A stretch of DNA of 64,000 nt from Bugula neritina (Eukaryota; Animalia; Bryozoa), in assembly GCA_964035545.1 (NCBI GenBank), contig OZ037773.1, forward strand, positions 1,331,751 through 1,395,750, in the 5' to 3' direction. The notes under the pieces were generated by a model. It was not told where the DNA came from, made no database searches, and saw nothing but the letters and a program-made list of their open reading frames with translations. Positions 1 through 13,300 of the stretch are shown here, piece after piece. Every line of letters starts with the position of its first letter. Position 1 is the stretch's first letter. Position numbers and translations under genes: made by a program.

Positions 1-795
1 CTGGACACCTGCCATTAGAGTATTTATCTCCCTCTATTCACTAGTTACCAGGTTAAACTTTACTGTGGAGGCGTAGGTGGTGGTTGGTGTAAGCCGTAGT
101 GTGACCTCCCAACAACCTCTGGAAGGTCTTTCTCATACTCTATAATATAATGGGGTCACAGCGAATACTTCTAAGGGTTACTTCAGGCTGATTTTGTTAA
201 TCTTCGGCTATATTTCACAGCAACATCCTTTTTATTGATAAAAATCTTTCAATTAGTAAACCGAGTTTGTGTCAGATGTGTGACAAATAGCCGTCCATTT
301 AGTCTATTAAATTCAACTTAGGTAAATAACTTGATAACTTGGGCCATGTGTTGCAACATAGCAGTTCATGGACTTGCATATTTTTGAGAAAGAAGTCTAT
401 TGTGATGTAACACCAGGAATAACCAACCAGTAGCTAGATCTCTTCTCACTGCACCATTGGATATCAGATCTGTAGTCACTGTGTTTTCTCTAAATTAATA
501 GCTCTTTGCATGTCTATTATGTTCAATGGCTGATCAGATGTGATGAAATTTATTCCTGTTACCTTGTCTTGCCAATTTCTGCAGCCAACCATCTCTCTCC
601 GTCTCTCACCAGGATATCCATGACTCACCTTCAAATTAATTATTCTATTATTGAAATTCTTGCATCTATTAAAACCATTGGTTTAGTGATTTTTTAGGTG
701 AAACATTGTTTTTAAATGTTTATTTCTATTCAAATCTACAGCATTCTCTCACCTAAGAGTAAAGGTAACTTTGAATCATGGAAATAAATATAGCA

Positions 796-1235
796 TATCT
801 ACACTGGCATATCTACACTGACATATATACACTGGCATATCTACACTAACATATCTACACTAACATATATACACTGACATATATACACTCGCATATATAT
901 GCTGACACATCTACACTGGCATATATACACTGACATATCTACACTGACATATATACACTAGCATATATCCACTGACATATATACACTGACCTATATACAC
1001 TGGCCTATCTACACTGGCATATATACACTGACATATATACACTGACATATCTACACTGACATATATACACCGACATATATACACTGACATATATACACTG
1101 ACATATATACACTGACATATATACACTGGCATATATACACTGGCATATATACACTGGCATATATACACTGACATATATACACTGACATATATACACTGGC
1201 ATATATACACTGACATATATACACTGACATATCTA
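796..1235. repeat. ~14-16-bp minisatellite (atatacactgacat-type)
   Basis: Direct tandem copies. Confidence 0.92.
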
Positions 1236-1329
1236 CTGCTTTTTAGTCTTTATATATAAGAAGTGCATCTACTCATCTTTAATGGAAAACCTACTATCAA
1301 CAGTTACTTACATGCTTTTTATTCTTTAT

Positions 1330-2700
1330 ATTTGGTAATCGGTTTTAATTTTCTTCCTGTTGAAGTATTGAGAGGCTACTGGGTGGTCATTCGTTGTCTT
1401 TGTTGTGGAGTTGTCATCCTTCAGGGGGTTTGGACCATCTTGTTGGACCTGCCAGTCACTTTCTATACAAGCAGCCGCAAAACACAGATGTGTATGTGAC
1501 ACAGTACCAGTGGTACTGTACTGCTGGTACAGGACTAGTGGTACAGTACTGCTGGTACAGGACTAGTGGTACAGTACTAGTGGTACAGGACTAGTGGTAC
1601 AGTACTAGTGGTACAGGACTAGTGGTACCGGACCAGTGGTACAGGACCGCTGGTAGATAGAGAATGCCAATCTCTGTGAATTCTTTAAATGACCCAACTT
1701 ATTTTGTCAACAGTCGAATGAGAAAATGTTGCGTTTCTGTAGGCCATTTCTAAGGTTTAGCTTTTCTTGGATTTGAATTTTATCTTCTGCTGGTAATTTG
1801 GAGACATTTGCAAAGTTCCTGCAGGTAATAATTATTAGTAAATGTTTGTGTTGAATCACCCTGCCCTGGGTCTAGTTTAGAGGCATATTTTTGGCACCTG
1901 TGAAGCTAAAATTATGCACATCAGGTAGAGTCAATTACATAATGTTGGCACGTAATTCGGCCCAGGTGCACCAATATGTTATTCTTGCTATCTTTCTGGA
2001 GCTGAGTGACAGCATAGACAAGCTGTGCAAATGTTAGCATCAAGTCAAGAATGCCTCTCTCTAGTTGTTTCAGCCACCATTGAAAATGTGTTGAACAATA
2101 TTATATATGCTTCAACCTGGGTGCTAAATATCCTGAAAAAGAAACTGCAGATTCATTCCAACAAAGCAAATGTAGCGTAATGTGAAGCAAGGTTCACCTG
2201 TTCTGAACTCAACACGCACCCAGGATAGGTCTCAACCACGTGGTTCTAACTCATCAGCTAAGAATATCATCTTCTAATCTAGTTACATCTGGTGCTGGTG
2301 TACAACAAGCAAACATTGGTACGACCAGCATGGCTTACAGCTAATCCGATTTGTTTTACCCGCTGCATCATCTCCAACTAAACATTCTACATCATCTCAA
2401 CTCTTGTGCTAGCTGCTTCCTGTCATGCAATCTGTGCTAAATGTAGATGACACGCTTGAGCAGGTGAGATAGCCAGCCTGTGAAGTGTGACGGGTGACTG
2501 GAGGTCAATACAATCTCCAGTCAGCTGGGTTTCACCTTCCATATTATAATATGGAGACTCGTGACGAACTCCCCCTCCGCCCGAGATGTCTTATCAACTC
2601 TCAAGTACAGCTTAACTTCCTGAAATACCTGTCAACTCTCGGTTGTTTCTCCAATCGCTCTTTCAGCTATTTGCTTCTCCACCCAAATTTTTTTGAGTAA
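1330..2700 (-). pseudogene. Possible highly decayed Penelope-like element remnant in a Dicer intron
   Basis: Minus-strand fragments in the expected order: QIGLA (RT motif B-like, ~2345), LRYI (~2175), AYR (~1742), CGCLY..TGR (~1450-1478), NDHPVA..FN (~1358-1392). Many stops and frameshifts. Confidence 0.3.
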
Positions 2701-3940
2701 GGTTTGGTTAAAGACTGTACTAAGTAGATGAAGAGTTTGAGTTGAGTCACAGAAGGACAACTGCAGTATGGGACCACCTGCTGTCACATTAAACCACCTG
2801 CTGTCACATTAAACCACCTGCGGTCACATATGACACGTGTGACCCCACCTGTTGTCACAGTGTCCCCAAGGAGCTCCAACAGCTTCAACATAACTCCTAT
2901 TTATATTGAACATAACCCAGGCCCGGGCTGGAGGGGGAGGGAGGGGCAGAAGGAGGGGTGTTTGATTGTGTCCTATCTTGGTCCGGTTGACCTATAATTG
3001 CAGGTTTTGCTCATCTCTTGAACTTGAGGATCTTTACAATTGGTCAACCCCTCAGGTTTTGCCCTCAGGTGTTCAACTGGACAGCAACTGTTGAAAGTAT
3101 AGCTTATTGGTAACAAGTGTGTCGCAGTGTTTTGGTAATCCTGGTGAGCATTTCATTATCCTGTCATACTGTCCTGCTTGGACTGATTAATGTGTTGATC
3201 CATAGCCTGAGCTCTTTCTAGCTAATCTCTGTTAGCCTGAGCTCTTTCTAGCTAATCTCTGTTAGCCTTAGCCCTCCCTCTCTAATCTCAGTTAGCCTTA
3301 GCCCTCTCCCTCTCTAATCTCAGTTAGCCTTAGCCCTCTCTCTCTAATCTCAGTCACTCTGTCCCTGTGTGTACCAGCTACCACTAGTGCCTGGATAGTG
3401 TGGGCGTGGATTTGTCTATTATCTCATTCAAGTAGTTTATTAGATAGAATTAAAGTAGGTCATACCACCAGTGCCTTATACTGTGCTGGAATATAATCAC
3501 CTATATGGTGTATTCTTATATCATTGTATTATCTATTATATTGTATTACTATATTGTATTATTACTATGTTTTATTATCTTACTGCATTATTTTTGAGAC
3601 AATGTCAAGTGGTGGGACTACATGTGACATTGACATAGGTTGGTATCCCGGACCAGGATGTGACCACCCCCCTCCCCCCAAGTTGTCAGCTGACAGATGT
3701 TGCATAATATTTTGTTGTGAAATTAATTCAGTAATTTAGTTTGGCTGAATTAACAGAACCTGGTATTATGCCATTAATCAAGCTCTTAGTGTATTCTAAC
3801 ACTTTGGCAACCATCCTGAACTCAACTCTTGTGGAAGTTATTAAATGACATTTTTTATGGTACAGGCTTAATTTTTTATTTCCCTTTTCCTTACTGCCTA
3901 ATTGGTGGCTGGTCACTCCTGAGATACCACAGTCGTCCCA

Positions 3941-4330
3941 GTCTAATATACTAATAGATATATATATACACTTATCATGTCTAATATACTACTAGATATA
4001 CATATATACACTTACCATGTCTAATATACTACTAGATACACTTACCATGTATAATATACTACTAGATATACATATATACACTTACCATGTCTAATATACT
4101 ACTAGATACACTTACCATGTATAATATACTACTAGATATACTTGCCATGTCTAATATAATACTATATATATACACTTACCATGTCTAATATACTACTAGA
4201 TACACTTACCATGTCTAATATACTACTAGATATACTTGCCATGTCTAATATACTACTAGATATACTTACCATGTCTAATGTGCTACTAGATATACTTACC
4301 ATGTCTAACACACTACTAGATATACATACA
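3941..4330. repeat. ~33-bp minisatellite (cttaccatgtctaatatactactagata..) abutting the Dicer acceptor
   Basis: About 11 tandem copies ending at the AG at 4336-4337. Confidence 0.92.
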
Positions 4331-4337
4331 CTTGCAG

Positions 4338-7300
4338 GCCCCTCTGTCACCACGGTGCTGCATGCTCTCACCATGTCTAACGCCGGAGACTTCATCAACC
4401 TGGAGAGGTTGGAGACGGTAGGCGACTCCTTCCTCAAGTTTGCCGTCACCCTTTACCTCTTCTGTACTCACCCCGGGCTACACGAGGGGAGACTCAGCTA
4501 TGGCAGGGGCAAGCAGGTGAGTTCCTGTTTACATATTCATCTGTTGAGTATATAGTGTAGTGTATGTAGTGTTGAGTATGTCCAGTTGCTGATAGACTGA
4601 GTTTCTCTATAGAAAACTACCTCTTCAGCACCCAGGCTAGCTGTTGGATCTTTGTATACCGTCACAACTTGACCTTTAACCTTTTTCCTAAGTGAATTAA
4701 CTTTTTCTGCTGCTGTCTGGCTAACCCAGTGATTCCCAACCTAGGAGGGGGGCGTATGGGCTTTTCAGGGGGGGGGGTTCATTTCTAGAAGTTTCAAGCA
4801 AATTTTAAACAGCTTTTTGAGCTCCTTTCTTGTTTTCCACTCGCTACAGTACTTGTAAACATGTAGTCCTTTTATGTGAATTCTTTTATTTATTCAGCTA
4901 CATTTTGCAATCTAAGCCTACTTTTACATACATGTGTCTAATATTCACTCTACTGGAACTGCTACATGCTCTACTGCGACTGGAAGTTAAAAAGCAAAAA
5001 CCAACAGGAACTTGTAGCAGTAATGCAAGCTAGTTTCTATAAAGCATTAATGCTTTCAAAGTTAAACTGACGTTGTGACAGGCACAAGTCTGTATCGAAA
5101 ATTCCCTGGCGCAATAAATTAATAGTAAAAGAGCCTGTTCCAGATTCCCTTTCAAAAAACATTTCTGCGAATTTCTTTAAACTCTTAACTAGAGCTGTCT
5201 TCAAAAAAAGAGTTACATGAGGATTTCATTTAGCTGGTTAGCAGTGAAGGAAGATTTAATAAAAACATGTTTCCACTTAGAAAACTCTACCCACGCATTG
5301 CTGACAATGCACTAAAAAATTTAGGATCTTACAGCACAACCTAACACTAACAATTAATAATAAGAAAATAAATTGCCTTGACCTGCTAAGTGACCTAAAG
5401 TATGCTTGTCAAAATTAGAGCCAGCCATCGCACACTATTTATTGAACTGCTCCATGTTGTATACATTCCTAATATATACTTGTATTGTATATTATGTCCG
5501 TCAAATAGATTGAGCTTTTAGAAAGAGGAAAATTAATAATGAACATTTATGAAAGGAGGTAATTGTATGAAGAAAGTTGGGAACCACTGGGCGAACATCC
5601 AACATGTTTTTTAGTTTTGTATTGATGTTTTACTCTAAACTACAGGCAAATGCAAAAGCCATGGCTTAATTGCAGTTTTGCTGCTGCTGCTGCAATATTC
5701 AGAGAAGGCATTTGGTGTGGAAGGTAGACGTGTTTGTGTTCTTCACAGATGCAATACGTGGGGGGGGCACATGAGGCCCTAGTCTGTGGTAGTTCTCTAT
5801 AGTCCCATAGGCTAAATCATTTTTGAAGTGGGGCCAATGAATTTAAATAAAATATTATATAATCTCATCAAATTTCAATCAAACTGTTAAAATATTGTCA
5901 AAGTCTATGGAAGTTGTTGAAATGGAAGAGAATATGCATCTCATGGATTTACGTCACGACTATTATTCACTGGTTTGAAGCATTTTTTCGTTAAATTAAC
6001 ACAAAATAGTTGAAAGTTTCATTGAAGAAGGTGACATTTTGGCAGAGGTCTGCCATGTTGCCAGCAGATTTGAATATTTCAGCTGCAAACCTGGGAAGTA
6101 TTTTGGCAGTCGAGTTAAGAAAATTGCATAATAAGCGGTGCAGGGCCTGGGCTCTGGTCTTCCACTTCATCATTTGTCACCTTTTTTGTAATTTTCATCT
6201 GAAACATCAATTTCCCGGGTTTGCAATTTCATGTAAAGCAAGCCTTATGTGCATAATTTTGAATGGTTTAGTTTGAATGTAAGATTCATTCATTCTCCTT
6301 CCCTTTGCCCTAAGACCAATTACACTAAGGCTACATAAAGTTAGGGGTTGTCTCCCTGTCTCTACTACCTAATTACTACTTTTACACTGAGAGTTTACTG
6401 AAGTTGTTATTAGTGTGTGACATATTATAGAGATTTCACTGTATTTCCTAATATTTCAGGGGAAAGCCATATCTGTAATAATGTTACTAAGTATGGTTAT
6501 AGTTGCTGGTATTTTCCTATATTCCATGCAACACGGGTTTAGCAACATCACATTCCATAGGTATGCTGGGTGCAGGATACCACCTCGCTGTGTCAATACT
6601 ACTGTGTATCCCTCCTGGCCTTGCTCAGTAGCCTGCTGTGGCGTCACGACCCGTGATGTCACAGCATTTCAACACACAACTACCAGCACTTCTCTGTTAT
6701 GTAAGATTTATGCTTTCTGGGAAGGGGGTACTGGGCCACCCACCCCTCCCTGCTACATTGTGAACTCTGAGAACCATAGTCTAGGTCTCTAGGAAATAGA
6801 AAGATCCTGCCTTACAGTTGAGTTGATGTGTTGAAACAATTCGTAATATTATGTAATAATTTGTTGTGCTGTTTGTTGTCCATAACTTTATATCTTCTTC
6901 ATATATTTTCTCTGTTGGTTTCTGAACCCTTTTACTCCTGCCTGTCAGCATAGTGTGAGTTACTCTGTGATAGTTGTACGTCTCAGCCTGTCAGCATAGT
7001 GTTAGCTACTCTGTGATAGTTGTACGTCTCAACCTGTCAGATTACTATTAAGCAGATTATATAATGGTGCAAATGCTTTCTTATAATTTAAGAGTTATCA
7101 TACCACAGCTAAATGTTAGCATGGAGCTACATTGGTTGGTCCAAATTTGTGAACATGACCTACCACACACTGTGTGTTATCTGTGGGATGGGAAAATTTA
7201 TTAGCTAATGATATTTTAGTTTAACTGTACTGCTCCTCTACAGCAGCATGTTTCTGTAGCTACGAGAAGATGACTTTAGATAATATAAACTCAAAGCGTT

Positions 7301-10300
7301 ATGACTATTGGAAAAAGTTTCAATTCAGTTCGATAAAAGTTAAAAACTCAAATTACAACTCAAAAAGTATGCTCGTTAATGGCAACCAGTCAGTTAAATC
7401 AAATTCGCACGAGCGAATACTTTCAGTATTTTATCGGTCTGAAATCCTAACACTACAGTTAATTTTTGGGCATTTAAGATTCCTGCTGGAAAATCCGTGT
7501 CGTAGGACCCTGCTCTTAGTTTCTTTAAATAGGAGCCTGCTTGCACAGGTATGCACTTCCTGTTGTAGATGAGTAGCTCAATAGAATATAGGGGACTTAT
7601 AGCTACGGTTCATAACTTCTACTGAATGGAGAACTTCCTCTCTCGTATTGTGTGTCTAGTTAGAGGGTGACTGACTAAATAAAATAGAATATTAGAATAC
7701 GTAGTAGTATACATTGTCGTAATATCCGTAGTATCAATACTACATCTCCTCACATTAAACTCGCCTCGTTTCACTTGTATACCACTTCCTGTGTTAACTA
7801 AACACTCGTGAGTAATGTGCAAGTCATATTAATCTATAATCTTGTAATAAAATATTCCTCTGTATTTCCGTCTCATCGTTAAATTGTCAATTATTGAAAA
7901 TAATCAATAGTAGAATATGTTCCTAGTTTCTCTTTTTCACTTTGCTATCCATGTCAAGTGTGTGTCACCATGCTTTCTATATATTATTAGGTCATATTAT
8001 ATGTAATATGCTACATTATATATAATATATCATGTAATTCTTTTTGATTTATGTTTGGCATTAGAATATTAAAGTTCCATTTGCCAACAATGACTTGATA
8101 AAGTAAATACTGTGACACTATAAATACAAAATCAACTAATTGTCCTGCAGTGTTATTATAAAGGGGTAGGCGCAGTAATAGAGAAATTGAGAAAAGCCTG
8201 CGTTCTAGATTGGAAATGTAGCTAATCACAGTGAAATTTGTGCAAGTTTCTAGCTTTGCTTAGCTATCTTAGCTACATCGAGAGCCGTTGCAGACAATAT
8301 GCCTACAGCACAGTCAGTGCTAGCTTGCAAACTCGGCCACTTGGCAATAGCTGGTGCTAGTTAATTGGTTGTACTTGTTGGAGAGTAAATATAATTCTAA
8401 GTTGTTGATAAATATTCTTTTCTTCAATGTTGTGGAATACAATTGTTTATAACTTTATGTTATTTATTTCAAAGTTTGTGTTATGATTATATAAGTTTTT
8501 GAATTGATTGTAGTCTTTACTGCCCAAATCACAGCCTAGTTCACTGTAGTTATGTCCTCACTAGAATGGCAATCCAAAATTTCCAAACCAAAATATAGCA
8601 CTTGAGCTATATATAGATTTCTTCACTACTGCACCTTAGTGGTTAATAACAACTTTTCCAAAACCCAATGGTGTTCTGATATGGTGGTGCTCTGAGTCAT
8701 TTGCAGAAATCATTAACCAATCATTTTAGCTAACTCAAAATATATAAATATATAATTCCATATTTCCTGGCTCCAATAAAATTACCAGATCGTGGTGCTT
8801 CTATCAAAGTTACTCACTGTCCCAGTTACTCACTATGTCAGTGACTCACTATCTCAGTCATTTACTGTCCCAGTTACTATCTCAGTCACTCTGTATAACT
8901 GCTCTATTAACTAATGTATGCATGCTTTAGTTTTCTAGAATGATATAATGCTTTGATCTGACATGTGGAAGTTTTCCTCAGATTGACACTTCCTGGTGAA
9001 ATCTGCAGACTAATCCTTCAGAATAGACATTTAATTTCTGACTGGCTGTATAGAAATACATGATTTATTTAAAGCTTTATGCAGGTCGAAACCATCAATA
9101 AATATTTACAAAATAAATAGCTATGTACAAAAAAACCACACTTTGGTGATTAAAATAGTTAAAAAATCTGATTAGTTTGTTAGTATATTCATACTGATAC
9201 TACATATGACAAGTTATGTATAGTATAGAAAACACAAGTGTGGTATATACACATATCATTGCCACAAGATAGATTAAATGTTAATGTTGGTAGGAGTTGA
9301 TTCCCCATGGTTGAGATTGTCACTAACTAAATGATTGTAAAATATTCTGTCTGTTACTTGGTTTTCGTGTAAATACAAGGGAACAGCAAACTCTTTAACT
9401 TGTTCAACTTAGTGGAGTTCACTGTTTTCATTCGGGTGACAAATCTCACCGGCCCCACCCACGCTGCATTGAATGTCTCTTGGAACACCGCAAACAGTCC
9501 GTCTTTAGTAAAAGCAGACGACTCACAGTACTTGTGTATTCGCTGGTCCTGCAGCAGTTTCTGTATGTGACGTACTTTGACTATCTCCCTTCTCTTAACT
9601 CCTGAACTGTGTACCAGGTCTGACTTGGTTCCCACCAGCACTATTGGTGTGTTCAGGCAATACTGTTCCAGTTCCTTTAGCCAGATGTCCTTGACATTTG
9701 TAAAGGATGATTTGTCGACTAGAGAGAAGCAGAGTATGATGACATCTGCTCGGTTGTATGCAGTCACTCTGCTCTCCAGGTCTGTGCAGTTGGTGTCTGT
9801 GATTGTGGCTGTGTGCTCCTTGCCCTGTACCAGCTGCTTCACTGCAATAACAACCATGCAGAGTTAATGAGTGAGTTGCTGTTACTACTATGCACTAGCT
9901 ACTAGCTATTGAGTACTAGTACTACTACCTATTGAGTACTAGTACTACTACCTAGTCACTGGTTACATACTGTTGACTACCAGTCACTACTCACTACCTA
10001 CCAGCTGTGGAGTACTAGTACTACTACCTAGTCACCAGTTACATACCGTTGACTGCTAACAAGCACCTACTGGTAATCAAGTAGAAGTAGTAGATTGCAC
10101 CCATTTCAGCTCAACTACTGACTGCTGACAGAAAAAATACTTAAACTTTCACCAGCTGATGAGATAATGATTTAAAGTAGTATTTAGATATTTGTGTTAT
10201 ATGCTGCCAGTGTACTAGTATGTGCAGTCTATGTTACTGTTGACTGTGATTACTGTAGATTAAGTTCTTACCTGGATACTGTGAAGGAAGGGGCCTAGAG

Positions 10301-13300
10301 TACTGCACTGTGTAAGGGAAGGCTAGGTTAGTTGTGTAACTCCGCAGTAAAGATGTCTTCCCACACTGACTATCTCCAACTACTGCACACTTGAAGTGTC
10401 TCTTTCTGGGCGAATTCATACCTCGTAGAGGCACTCTCATTAAACTACCCGTTGAGCTGTAGTTCACCATAATATCTCGTGTCTCTTTCATCTAGCAATC
10501 ACTGAAATAATGTGCATTTGTCACAGTTAGCTTTATTACGCGCTAGTGTGTGCATCGATGTTGCAAATAATAACGTGCTTCGGCGGCTGCTTTATCTTTT
10601 ATACCCGATTAGCAAACTCGAGTAATTTTATTGGCCAACCACCTAAACAACTTGTGGTCTTTGTCCAATCACATAGCAGAGGTTCTGTAAGATGACAGTG
10701 TGCCTCAGACGAAAGTTCACGGTGACAACAAATCAATATTATGCCAATACAATACACTGACTCATTGTATTCAGTCAAATATTATAAAGTAGTTATTAAT
10801 AGAGTGCATATTTATTCCTGCAGCACAATATGCGATTATAAAACATATTAATAATAGTTTCGTTTATTTATAGATCTATTAAATAAATCAAATTGAAATT
10901 TTGAATAAATTTATGGTTAAGGAAGTTGACTTGGCAGGATGACATTTTTATTGATATTCCTATTGATAAAGTGAACTCCGTCTAATGAAAAGGTTATTTG
11001 GTGATACCAGGAAATAGCAATTAACTGTAGCAGGTAGACCCACCTATACTCTGAGTCCAGGTTTCACATTTTCATTTAATGTGTTTTGGAGCAGATAGTA
11101 TTCACCAGGTCTGTAGTTAAACTGGCGCCCATGCAGAAAGTTATGTTTAGTTTAAATGTTTGCATAGTATCTGTATCTCAGAGGTGTAGCACATGTATAG
11201 CAAAGGTATAACACATGTAAAGTAGAGGTGTAGCACATGTACAGCAGAGGTATAGCGTATGTATAGCAGAGGTATAGCAGAGGTATAGCACAGGTGTAGC
11301 AGAGGTGTAGCAGGGTATAGCAGAAGTATAGAAGGATATAACATATTAGGTATATAGCAGCTAGTATAGGTTCTTCCGGTCTTACAGGTTAGTAACTTCA
11401 ATCTCTTCCTGTTGGGAAGGAAGTTGGGCTTAGCCGAGTATCTTATATCTGAGAAGTTTGAGCCAGCGGACAACTGGCTACCCCCCAGTTACCAGACAGA
11501 TGCAGACTATGTTCCTATGGAAGGTGGGTGACAGTGCAATAACCAGTATTAATAGTAACTATAGTAGTTATAGTAACTTGTAGTAATAGTAACTAGTAGT
11601 GTTATAGTAGCTAGTAGTTATAGTAACTACTAGTTATAGTAGCTAGTAGTAATAGTAACTAGTAGTTAAAGTAGCTAGTAGTGTTATAGTAGCTAGTAGT
11701 TATAGTAACTACTAGTTACTATAACTAGTAGTTACTATAACAAGTAGTTACTATAACTAGTAGTTACTATAACAAGTAGTTACTATAACTAGGAGTTATA
11801 GTAACTACTAGTTATAGTAGCTAGTAGTGTTATAGTAGCTAGTAGTTATAGAGGTAGCAACTGCTTACACTCCCTCTGGTACACTCACTCCTGGTGTACT
11901 CAGGAATAGTATGATGCAATGTTGGGGGAGGCCAGGAATTTCCCTCCAGGAAGCTTTCATTATTTCACTGGGATTACCTCCCATGAGTCATGTTTTCCTC
12001 TGAACCGGGCTAATGCATTGCTCTGTACAAACTCCTTGCTGAGACAATTCAATGGGAGATAACTTGGTGGAACCCCCGAGGCTATTTCCTCAAATAACTC
12101 CATGCAAAATAAGCAGGAAATGGGCTCATTAGAGATTACCAATGACCTCTTCAGTTCATAGATACTTGTTAAACTTTTTAGAGTTTTCTGTCAACTCTCC
12201 AGAAAAAGAATCCAAGGAGGTTTCGCCTGAAAGTGGGACTGTCAGGGCCAACAAAAACCCCCTCATCCCGTATAATTTGAGAACACAGCACAGTATAACT
12301 GATAAAGTTAGTACACTCTGTATTTACTAGGTCACCCGTGTCACTGGACAGCATAGGTCATAAGGTCATTACCTTTATGTCTCACACACTTGTTATTTTC
12401 TGTTTATGTTTCTCAGACTATTGCCGACTGTGTGGAGTCACTGATTGGCTGTTACCTCACTTCCTGTGGGCCGTATGCTGCGAGAGTGTTTATGGCTTGG
12501 CTGGGTATTGATGTGCTCCCCTCAAGGTATGCAGTGGGACTAGGGCTATGGTTTAAGCCTCAAGGCTATGCACTGTGCAATGTGTTGCACTTGCCAACTT
12601 TATACATAATTCAACAGCTTCTGTCATCTTTTGTAATTTTACTTTAGAATGTGCAGCTCCAATATACAATCTATAATTGAAATGAAATGCATCATTCAAT
12701 ATCAATGACTCATTTCATGTGCTGATGTTATATCACCTCACTTGCACCAACCCGCACCAGCCTTATTTGTTACTATATTTAGAATGTTGAGTGAGTGCCA
12801 GGTGTTGTGTCTGCTATTACTAATCCTATTAGATTCTATGACCAGGACAGTGTGCCATCTCCTCCCAGATTACTAAAATACCTTCTCTATTCCTCAAATT
12901 ATATATTATGTATTTACCTGTTTATCAACTACAGCAGCTTTCAATATGGTGTATGGCTTGTGTGAATTTATGTCATCCATTGCTCATTTCCCTGCTTATA
13001 CAACTTTGGAGCTAAAATTGGCAGAGATGACTCTGTGTATTTTAGGCAGCCTGAGGGTCGAGAGAGTGAGCCTCAGAGTCAAGAGAATGAGCCTGAGGTG
13101 TCTGAACTCGACTATGGATTCAAACTACCTCAACCCCCTCCCGGGCTCATCAAAGGAGGTGCTGAGGCTGAAAAGAAGTTGGCTAGGTTATTCACGGGTC
13201 TGGAGCAGTTTGAGGAGAGCATAGGCTACAAGTTCAAGGACAAAGCCTACTTGGTGCAGGCTTTTACTCATTCCAGTTACATACACAACAACGTGACGGA

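Noticed and set aside
911-1216. Cys/Tyr-rich ORFs here and at 15572-15880, 17663-17893, 19371-19664 and 60850-61496
   Set aside because: Translations of micro- and minisatellites lacking stop codons; only the embedded exon parts are real.
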